Source: the human T2T-CHM13v2.0 reference genome, Homo sapiens
Length of the DNA stretch: 64,000 nucleotides
Assembly (NCBI RefSeq): GCF_009914755.1
Contig: NC_060931.1
Reading direction: 5' to 3' (one strand)
Below, one piece after another: positions 19,007 to 33,423 of this stretch (within the stretch, counting starts at the first letter, position 1; every line of letters starts with the position of its first letter). The translations under genes and the position numbers were made by a program. Below the pieces are notes generated by a model that did not search any database, had not been told where the DNA came from, and saw only the letters and a program-made list of their open reading frames with translations.

Positions 19007-19704
19007 TATAAACCAAAAAGAAAATTCTAAGCTCCCAACTATCTGAACAGCTCCTCCTCTCTGCCAGAGGCATTCCAAAGTTAACCTGTAAAACTACTTC
19101 AGGCCACGATGAGGGGGTGGGGCATCGGACACACCTCATTACCATGACACAGACTTAAGACTGACAGAACTGACAGAAGAACTGACAGACTCTTTAAGTC
19201 TGACAGGAAACATTAACCATCTATTCTCTCTGAAGCCTGCTACCTGGAGGCTTCATCTGTACAATAAAACCTTGGTCTCCACAAGGTAATCCAGACATTC
19301 CTTTATATTGATTCCAGGTCTCTAGACAGTAACTTAACCAATTGCCAATCAGAAAAATCTTTGAGTCCAGCTATGATCTGGAGCGCTCCCCACACCAACC
19401 TGCTTCCAGGTGTCCCACCTTGCTGAACGAATGTACCCGCTTCCAGCTGTCCCACCTTTCTGAACCAATGTACCTGCTTCCAGGTGTCCCACCTTTCTGA
19501 ACCAATGTACCCACTTCCAGGTGTCCAACCTTTCTGAACCAATGTACAGCTTACATGTATTGATTGGTGTCTTATGTATCCCTAAAACTTACAGGTCAAC
19601 CCCCTTGGGCAAATGTCTTGAGACTATGTCACCAGCATCCTTTAAACCTGGCAAAATAAAATACTAAATTAATTGAGACTTGTCTCAGATACTTTTGGTT
19701 TACA
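19007..19704 (+). mobile_element. MER4-group ERV1 solo LTR containing a 37-bp x4 internal expansion
   Basis: Starts t(a)taaaccaaaaagaaaattctaag, ends gatacttttggtttaca; homologous to the LTR starts at 46664 and 54899. Confidence 0.8.
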
Positions 19705-22139
19705 GATTAAACTAAATGCTTTAACAAATATATAACAAAGTTTCATAAGAAAATGGAAGGTGAAAGTATCATTCAGATTAATAATTTTAGCAATTTGATA
19801 CTGGTTCTCAAAATGTGAGCAGCATAATCAAAAACTAGCATATAATAGGTACTCCAGTATAATATTTATGGCATGAAGTTAGATAATGTTCTCCCAAATC
19901 ACTGGATTTATTTTCTACAGATCTACCTTACTCTGGGAAACTTAAAACATATCAATCCCTCAGACAGGAAACAACTCCACATATAATACACGTTAAAATT
20001 AAACTATTACAACTGACCCCGAAATAGGATGTGCACTTTCAAATCCCCACTTTTTAGTCACTAACCAGCACTTATTCACAAAAGGAAGTTAATGAATATT
20101 AGAATAATTAAATGTTATATGTACAAAATGTAAAATTAACTATCATTATCTATGGCATCAGGATGACTCCTGGAAGTGGAGTCAAGAAAGATTAGCCATG
20201 TCCTTGGAACAATATTTGTTTTAAGGAAGATACAGAGCAAATCAAGGCAAGGAAGAGGAGTGCCACTGTAGGCTCCTTGGATATTATTTTAGGGATATAC
20301 AGAGAGGAAGAGAAAGTGAAATTTTACGGCACACATACTTGCAAGTGTTAATAACAACAAAGCATTATGGTAGATAAATTCTTAGCAACAGCGTAAACAA
20401 ACCACGGTGGAACAGAAACAAAGAAAAACCCCAGGGCTCATCTGTTCCATTTCAGCAGAGGTGGGGGAGGGAGGTGGCAAAGGCCACACCAGGACTTGCC
20501 TGCAAGCGGAGCACTGGTCACAGCTGGGCATCTCTGGGCCTGTGACTCAGACGGCTGACCCGAGGACATGCCTCCCTGCCCGCCCATGTCCAGTGTGTTC
20601 ACTGGCCTCTCCGCATTCCAGCCTCACAACCACAGCACAGAGTCAGGCTCAACCCCCATCAAACCAAAGAGGAAACAAGGTTCTAAGAGTTGGACCTGAC
20701 TCACCCAAGGGCAGGGAGTTAGGAAGGGGTGGGTCTCAGGGCGCAACCCACACCCACCAGAGCCAGAGCCTGAGCTGTGGGCTCTGTGAGACGGTGGGAG
20801 CCTCAAAGCTAACCAGAGGCCGGTGGCCACACCTCAGCACACCCCACAGAAGGGCAGCCCCACTCGCACGGGCCCTGGCCACATGACTGGTCATGTCCAG
20901 ACAAGGACACACCAATTCAACAAATCATCATGGGAACCTCAAAGTAGCCATTACTCAATTGTGCTACACGAAACCATGGCAGTTAAAAATACTTGTAACT
21001 GTTAGCAAACTTTAATATACCAACACAGCACAGGGGAAGAAAAGCAATCTGAAGTTGTGACTCATTATGGAGGGAATGCTTTCTTCCAAAGGTTATTCAG
21101 ACAAAAAGAGATAGGGATAAATCCTCTGTCTTTTAACAACATACCATGCAAAAACAAACACTGCCTTCCAAGGCCAGACTTCTGCTTACAAAATTATCAT
21201 GTCTAATGAGTTCAAAAATAATTCATATATCCTAGACACAGATCTAATAAATAGCTCAAGTAAATACGTTTTCATAACTTAAAAAGAGCAGAAAATATCT
21301 CAAATTCTATTTTTAACTCTTCTCATTATATCATATCTCACAATCTAGTTTTTCAAATGTCTATCAGACATCATTTAAATAAAGTCTGGTAGCTTCATAA
21401 GACAGATGATACTGCAATAGTCAAAGTCATATTTCTGAAGAATAACATACTATCCATAATATAGCATTTAAGAAAGGAGGATACTATACACACCCATATA
21501 TCCAAACATATCATTAAAACATTAACAAAATCCACGGAAATGTTGCCAATGTAATGTTATCACTAGTTAGTAGAATTGCAGGTAACGTTTTTCTTCTTTA
21601 TTCTCCTCCAAAGCTTATTCTTCAATGAGCATACTTTCTTCTTTAAATCAGAAAAAAATGTTTTTGAAACCTGTCTAGCCATAACATAAGAAATGAAGAA
21701 AAATACAACTACATGTTCATTAAATATAGAAAGATAAAGGGGGACTTCACCGTGTAACTGAACAAATTAAAAAAAAGAAACTCAGTTTCAATGACAATTT
21801 TACAAGTAATAAAGAAAGCATAATGAAAACCATCATATTAGTATTTCCACATCTGCTGTTGGTGTGGTTATCACTAATTCCAGCACGCAATCACCAAGCA
21901 CAAAACTGAAGCTGTTATCCGAAAGGACACTGCTGCTGCAATACACAAGTGCACGTGGGATGTGCTTCTTACTTTGTACTGATACTTTCATCTAGACACT
22001 GCCGTAATCCATTAAACCCCATTCAATTTATACTTTACTAGCAACTACCATTATGGATGGTTTGGTATTATGGATGATCTTTTAAATATATTTTTTCTTG
22101 GATTTTAAAAAAGTGAACATGTATTATTTTTACTAAAAG

Positions 22140-22761
<622 letters not shown>

Positions 22762-24408
22762 CTATGACTAATGCTAGGATTAAACAGATTTGCTGTGTTA
22801 TTGCCGGCTGGTAAATTTCTGAGTTTAAGGCCTTGTCTTACACACATTTTGTGTCACTAGCACCTAACACAGTACCTAGAACATAGCAAATGCCTAATAA
22901 ATGTCCATAAATTCATCAAGACTCATTTTTAATGCTTACATATAAATTGGACTAGTTTCTTAAAATGCGATCCAGGAAAAAATTCACAAAAATAAATAGT
23001 TTGCTTTAACAAACATTATAGAACTTTAAAAACAGTTAAGAAAAATAAATGAAGAAAAGAAATTAGTGACAGGAAGAAAGACTCTGGAAAAACCTCCATA
23101 AATAAAACATGCTTTATGGAAAAAATGATCCCATGCAAAAGACAACTACTAACATATTCACCATCTGTGTAAGAACTATGCCCCACCCAATTCCAAAAGA
23201 ACAGGAGGTGACTCAGTGTTCAAGGAACAATAAGATCATTGAGAGTAAAAGAAGATCGCCTATTTGAAGAAAAGTGTGATGGGTACTCCCGGCTATTACA
23301 GTAGTACAGGGCCCAACAATCCAGCAATAATTTTGGCTGTGAGTTTTCTGGTAGCTACAGCAAGAATAGAAGTATACTGCATTACACAGTAGCTTTCCTT
23401 TTCTGATTTCACAAGCTTAGATCTGAACACATCACTACTTTCACCCCCATCATGTCCAAACTCTGTCTTAAAAGCACGACAGTAATCCCAGCCACGTCCC
23501 TGCATCCTGTAAATCAGAACTGCCCTGAGGGCCTGGGCCAGCCATCCAGAAGGAGCACTTCTACTCCTCCCAGGTCATGGGGACCTGGGCTGGGGTCTAG
23601 TGGGACCACTTCCTTTCCTCACTGCTGGGCCCAGAGTAAGTCCCAAGCTGAGTGCAGCCTTCTACCAGGTGGAGGAGTTACAACCCTATCAGAACTTCCA
23701 TGCATTTCCCTCCAGATGAGACGGCCCAGAAATCTGCCTTTGCAACTGTCCTCCACACGGCCGCTCGCGCTGTTGCCACTGAACGTAAGGCCATGCCCTT
23801 CAATAAGAGTAGAATCTCTTCCCTAGCATGTCCGTAAATTTATAACACGCCCCCTTAGTTACCATCAAACCCTCCCTGCTCCTTTCTTCTGAGCCACCGT
23901 GACACTGGAGCCATCACCACAGCCCGCCTCCCAGGTGCTTCTTCTAACTACTCTGAGCAGAGTGTAAATATGAAGACAGGATGATTTCTTACACTTGTGT
24001 TGGCACAATCATCTGCATAGAGTGGGTCCTTACATCTCTAAATGAAGAAATAAAATTCCTCTGAGACAGAATCGTCATGAAAACTAAAAAAGATAATGAC
24101 TTGCCAAACCATAACAAAATGCAAGAGACGACAAAAGACCACAATGTATTCTATAATACATGATAAAATTATGTTCTGATAGAATGTACCCAGTATGAAA
24201 CAAACCAATCCATAAGCTAAACTACTCAAACATATGTGATGATTATATACTGATACCTTGAATCACAGTTAAGACTTTGGAATAACTCACGGAAAAACAG
24301 ATTTCGGTTTTTTATATTTTTGAAGCATGATTTCTATTGCTATGCAATTAAAATTAATATTTGTTTAAGCCAATATAGTATAGCATCCGTGTTTAAGGGA
24401 CTATTAGA

Positions 24409-24720
24409 GGCCCGAGGTGGTGGCTCACACCTGTAATCAGAGCACTTCAGAAGTGCTGAGATAGGAGGATCACTTGAGCCCAGGAGTTTGAGACCAGCCT
24501 GGGCAACATAGCAAGACCTCGGCTCTACTACAAGTATAAAAAATGTTCAAATATATAAAATTAAAAAATAAATAAAAATAAAGTAATATTAGAGCTGGGT
24601 ACAATGATTCACACCTGTAGTCCCAGCCACTCAGGAGGCTGAGGCAGGAGGATCCCTCAAGCCTAGGAGTTCGAGGCCAGCCTGGGGTAACACAGTGAGA
24701 CTCCAGCTCAAAAAATAAAG
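24409..24720 (+). mobile_element. Two old Alu monomers (FLAM/AluJ-like)
   Basis: ggaggatcacttgagcccaggagtttgagaccagcc motifs. Confidence 0.8.
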
Positions 24721-24890
24721 TACTATTAGGTTTAAGTTAAAAATATTTACCTAGTTTTTAAAATTCATATACCTAACCCTTTCATTAACTCTCCTTTAAA
24801 ATGTAAATACCCCCAAACTTAAGTTAGAACAATATTCCTTAAAAACTTTTACAGTTTTAGCTAGAATTCCGTAAGCAAAGGTGTACCTCA

Positions 24891-25556
<666 letters not shown>

Positions 25557-26799
25557 CTGATGTCTATATTTTTTAACAGTGCTATTGAGACATAATTCAC
25601 ATACTCGTCAATGCACTCATTTAAAGTAAACAGTTTGATGGTTTTTAGTATATTCAGAATGTCTACTTCAAGGTTAAAGGCTGTGACCAATGTGGAAATC
25701 ATGAAAGCCTACAGAAACGATCATAGGTTCATTAGGTCTAACAATAACACTATTCCATAACTGATCTTCACAGGATGGAAGTTTACATTTATGAATACGT
25801 ACTTATAAAATATATTATGTTTTAAGTGTATATATCCATATAAACTATTTATATTTCAGTCCTAGCTCTATACCCTCCCATCCTTAAATGTAGAATGATA
25901 ATAATATTAATCTTAAGTAGAAATTTTACTAAATCCACAACATACAGGCTGATGGATAGCATATATCCTAAATTTAAATCTATTTTTTAGCTTAAACTAA
26001 AAACCTGATATTTACTGCTTTATTTTTAGCCATCTTGGGGCATTAATGTTCTAACTGAAGGAGGTTCTCAGACCACAGAACTGAAGCAACAACGGTCACA
26101 TCCTTTCCCTTCTGTGTCTCAGCCGCAGTGTGGGTGTGAACAAGAAACCCAAGCAGCATCCTCATCCTATCTGCAGCTACGATGAGGACTCCAACACTTC
26201 CTCAACCACATGACCACTCGGATTCAGGTGCTAAAGAAGCACTTGTTTAAAATAGCTAAATTGTGGCTCCTGAATTAGCTATGCCAACTATTTTCAGTTA
26301 CAAGTCTTCACAATATTTTATTAAAGTATTAAGTCAATGATTAACACTGAGAATAAAAAAATATTTGCCCTTTCTTTACATGAGATCACAGTGCATTCTT
26401 TTCTTCTGTTCATTTGGTTCTTAGACTATACATACCATATTTTTGCTAGAGTTAAATTTTCCTGAACTTCCCAGAAGGGCAATGGGAAGAAAGCTCTCCC
26501 CAGAGAAAGTTTGTATACAAAAGTACAGAACAACATAACCAAGGAAGCTAATATGCTTTAATTCTCAATAATCCAAGTATGAGGGTAATAAAAGACCAAC
26601 TGTCAGAACAGTTAAGTAGTATTATCCGTGACAGTATTATCCATAGCAGCCATACAATCAGCATTTATTGGCAATAGTAAAAGCAGGATAGAGTCAGACT
26701 TTATCCTATGAAGAGATAATATTTTCAAATAAATAAAAATAGTAATGAAAAATTGCCCTTATTAATCTCTATAAAAACTCTTCAAGAATCTTCCTCACA

Positions 26800-29188
<2,389 letters not shown>

Positions 29189-30699
29189 CTATGAAAGTCA
29201 GCATCATCACTTCCTGCAAATTTCAGCACTGATAACATTGCTATGTTATCAATATAACATAGCAATGGATGCTAATGGACTCTGTTTTTAGCTACTTTTT
29301 AGTATTATGCATCTTAGTGTAATATAGACACAAAACGTCACTTTAAAGTCCTTTTCCATTTCCAAAGTGCACCTCCTCTGTTCTTAGTTTTCCCCACCTC
29401 GGTTCCTCTTAACTTCCTTTTTCTACACACCCCTCGGTTTTTCCCGCCGCTAGCTAAAAGCTGCACCATGCCAGTTACCTTGGTTCTCCAAATATGACTC
29501 CCTCATGCTCACCACGCATCGGCAGAACTGTACATTCCCAAGCTCCTTACATTATATTCTTACTCCAGTTGCAATATGACGTCACAAAGTAGCATCTACT
29601 ACCTTCTTCTTGTCTTGGGCACGCCTCCTTTCTAATTCTTGTTTGCCATCTGTGTCATGCCTTACTTCTCAGGTGTCTCATGACTGGAAACAGGGACTTT
29701 TCTCCTCTAAGAGAAAATGACCCTTCCGAAACCCACTGCTGGTCACCTTCACCCCAAAGTTTATATTAAGCCTAATGGAAGAATCATTAAAATCCTTTCT
29801 TGCAGTGTGAAACTGTGAAGCCAAGTCATGGCTAAGAAAGAATTAGGGAATGACAAGAAAAAGATTTGAAGCCAACTCTTCGTGTCTATAGTCCATAAAT
29901 ATATGAGGTAGAGAACTGCCGGGTTAAAAATAAAATAATACCATGACTCTTGTTATTGCTGCAACTCTTCCAAAACTTCCTGCCACACACACACACATTC
30001 ACACTGGATTCAGGTCGATCCCATATAAAAATGCTCAGTCTCACAATTATACTTGCAAAAAAAACTGAAACAATCTTTCAATTATCTAATATCTCCACAT
30101 CTTTCGAGAGACACTTACTGCCCTTGAAATGCGTCAGAAACAACCAAGACACGAGTGCGTCTTCTCCCGGTAGAAGAAAAAGTTAACTTCTCCCCCACCA
30201 GCTGTCATTACGTTTTTTAAAAAACAGAGAGAAGGAAAAGCTGAAGCCACCCGGAGCATTTCCAGGCCGGCAGGGCTTTGGGAATGAGCACGAGAATCGC
30301 GCTGGGCGCTCTGAGAGCAGAACCGGCCGCTCAGGCCCCTAAGGAGACCCCGCGGGCGGCACCAGGAGGAAGCGCGCGCTCCGGGCAGGGCCGCGGCCGA
30401 AGAGGGGGCGCCAAGCCCGGTACCTGCCGCTGGCGCTCGGGGTCTGCAGGCCGGGGGAGGGAAGCGGGCTTTGTGAAGAGGGGTCTCCGAGAAAGCCGCG
30501 CGGGACGGCGAGGGGAGGCTTCACGAGGGCAGACGCGCCCCGGACCCGGAGCCTGGGCGGGCGGGGAAGCGGAGAAGGGGACGCCCGACTTGGACGGAGG
30601 GAGGGCACGGAGCACTCAGGACTAGGGCGGGAGCGGCGAGCAGCGGGCGGCGGCCCCAGGCGGACAGGTTCGCAGGGAGTGGGCCGGAGGCCGGGGCGG

Positions 30700-31045
30700 G
30701 GCTGGGGTCTGCACTCGCCCTAGCGGGCAGGTCGCCAGCAGGCTGGGAGTCGGGGCCGGGGGGCGGGGCGGGGTCTGCACTCACCTAGGCTGGCAGGTCG
30801 CAGGAACCGGCCCGGGGGCCGGGGCTGGGGTCTGCACTCGCCCAGGCAGAAGGGAAGCGCCTGCCTGGACCGGGGTGGGTGGAGGACTACGAAGGCGGGA
30901 GCCGGGGCAGGGCTGGGGTCTGCACTCACCCAGGCGGCAGGTCGCGGGGAGGGGAGTGCCTGCCTGGACGAGGGGAGATCGGGACTGGTGGTCAGGGGTC
31001 GGGACGGGCAGGGGTCTGCACTCACCCAGGCGGGCAGGTCGCAGG
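30700..31045 (-). repeat. Five dispersed copies of the exon-1 end / splice-donor cassette (GCGACCTGCC.GCCTGG|GTGAGTGCAGACCCC)
   Basis: Plus-strand GGGGTCTGCACTC(A/G)CC recurs at ~30705, 30771, 30828, 30916, 31012. Confidence 0.9.
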
Positions 31046-31499
31046 CGCGCACCCCCAGGCGCACGACGCGCTCCTCGTCTTCCAGCAGCGCCAGCGCGCG
31101 GCACAGGCGCAGGGCCTTGAGGCCGCGGCTGCGGCGACACCAGGCGAGCAGCGCGAGCGCGAGGAGAACCCAGCTGAAGCTGAGCCCCAGGTAGCCCAGC
31201 GCGTACACGGGCAGCAGCAGCGCGAAGCTCCGCGCCAGCTGCGCCAGCAGCCCGGGCAGCTCCACGCTCAGCACGCCCCCGGGGTTCTCAGGCGCCGCGC
31301 GGCCCCCAGCCCCGCCGGCGCCCGCCTCCGGGCCCTCGCCCCGGGCGCCGCTCATCGCCCCGCAGTGCCGCGCTGCCCTCCCGGCCGAGGCGGGCTGGGT
31401 GCTCGCGCTGATCCCGGGCGGCTCAGCCCCGCGCCAGCGCCCCTCTGAGGGGACGCGGCTCCGCCGCACGCCCGCCTCCGCCCGGGACGGTGGCGTCAT
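31026..31499 (-). CDS. ESYT2: ESYT2 main coding exon 1, with two in-frame starts (ATG 31499 MTPPSR..., ATG 31355 MSGARG...); encodes the hydrophobic ER anchor (FALLLPVYALGYLGLSFSWVLLALALLAW) and ends ...DLPAW
   Basis: ORF 30720..31502 in the track; donor TGG|GTGAGT at 31026|31025 splices in phase 0 to exon 2. Confidence 0.95.
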
Positions 31500-31564
31500 C
31501 ACGCGGGGCGGGAGCGGCGTGGGCCTGGGGCTGGCACGTCACCGGGAGCGGGCGGGGTGGATAC

Positions 31565-31572
31565 TGACGTCA
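31565..31572. promoter_or_regulatory. Perfect palindromic CRE (TGACGTCA), flanked by related CGTCA half-sites at ~31494, ~31537 and ~31628
   Basis: Exact consensus match inside the CpG island just upstream of exon 1. Confidence 0.7.
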
Positions 31573-31746
31573 TCGCGCGGGGTGGGCCGGGTCGGAGACT
31601 ACTGGAGTGGGCCGGGCAGGCGCACGACGTCATCACGCGAGCGTTGTGTCTCGGCTGGCGGGAGCCGGAGACGGGAAAGGAGAGTGCTCGGTGCGTGGGC
31701 TGGGCGTGCCTGCGTCCCCTCGAGCCCCACGGGGCACCCTCCCCAC

Positions 31747-31968
31747 TTGCCTGTGGCCTCGGAGCCCGCGGGCGGTTTTGGCTCGGCGTCGCGCCCCGAG
31801 GCGGCTTCCGGGTGCGTGGCTGCGCTCGCCGAGGCCCGGGAAGTTGCCGTCGTCAAACCCAAAGGCTGACCGCCTCTGGGAGCTGCTGGCAAACGTGGGG
31901 GTGCGCGGCCGCTGAGCGCAGCCGGGGTGGCGGTGGGATGAGAGGGCGGCGTCCCTGTTTGCGGTCAT
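31747..31968 (-). CDS. ESYT2: ESYT2 upstream alternative first exon ORF (MTANRDAALSS...GLRGHRQ, 74 codons); may function as a uORF rather than true CDS
   Basis: Matches the N-terminus of the long database E-Syt2 isoform as I remember it; ATG has A at -3; weak donor CAA|GTGGGG at 31747|31746. Confidence 0.65.
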
Positions 31969-33105
31969 TTTGCGGCCAGGAGGACGGGTGAGAGGGCGCC
32001 GCCCGCCGGAGGTCGGACGGGCGCCGCTGGCGGGAGTCCTCCGGTATTTTTCGGTGTGAGGTTGCCTAGCCAGTGTGCAAGGTTGTGGCTTTTGCGGAGT
32101 CTCTCGGGACGGTCTTGTTATCGGGCATTCCGGCGTGAGAACGCTGCCTCTGGGGCCCTTCCCACCCTGCTTGTCAGGGTTTTAAACACAAACGACTCCG
32201 TTGTGACCTTGACAACTCTCACACAGTTCAGTTGGCTTTTAAGATGCCTTTAATCCCAAAAGTCCTCCCTGAGGGGTCTGGTAGTGCCGGGCAAAGACCA
32301 CCGCAAGCGCCCAAGGGACGCTGTTGACACTCGGGAACTCCACCCCGGGCACCACGCAGCTTCGCCGAAGGTGTTAATATTGTGGCCAACTATGAATAGC
32401 TGTTTCAAACGACTAATTTTGGGCCTTTCCTGTGATTCCTGAGGTCACTTTTCAGTTAACTCAAAAACACAACTATTGATCACTTTACTTTCCAGTGAAT
32501 TCAATCGAGTTAATTATATTTGTTCTGTAGTTTCTTTCAAGGAAACTCCAAGCCAAACAGTAGCAAAGAACATCCTACTTGACTGTTTTTGAGCATATTC
32601 AGTGAATTCCAAGGAAATTTTTACTGAATTTGTAACAGAGTAGGGCACTGGCAGGTACTGAATGAATAAACAAATGCCCAGAAGAAGCAGGGTCACCTTT
32701 ACATAGGAATCTGTCTCCCCTCGTTCCTGCGTCTTCATAATTTTGTGTGCATATGTATGTGGAGATTATATCACATATGTAAAACATTGCAGAGTCTAAA
32801 CTCTCAACTCCAGGCAAGGGCAGTAAACCCCAAGCAAGGAATGGAAGTGGTTTCCCTTTTCTTACTCTTCACAGTCCCTGGTTTGCTGCAGCAACAAATT
32901 ATATTATGTAGATTGTAAATATGCAACCGGTTAATGCTCCTAACACCACCTTTCATTCAAAACTAAGCCTCAACACAAAAGCAGGTAATTGCTTTGTTGA
33001 CACAGAAAGGAGCCTGAGCCTTTCTTTTGCAGCTTTCCTCTACTGGAAAATTGTAGGATCACATCCTACAAAGACTTGCATAAACATAAGCCACGTAAAA
33101 AATTC

Positions 33106-33423
<318 letters not shown>

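Larger units (their letters stand above)
30290..32170. promoter_or_regulatory. CpG island / promoter of ESYT2
   Basis: Very high GC and CpG density around exon 1; GC boxes, TGACGTCA at 31565-31572, CTTCCGG ETS-type core near 31805. Confidence 0.93.

Noticed and set aside
30395-30412. CTCF-like motif GGCCGAAGAGGGGGCGCC
   Set aside because: Only the 3' half matches and such matches are frequent in CpG islands; not supportable without ChIP data.
30720-31025. C-terminal part of the 260-aa ORF as constitutive ESYT2 coding sequence
   Set aside because: It is read-through past the exon-1 donor; the protein continues VHFPDT in exon 2. Only the first 96 nt are proposed as an optional extension.
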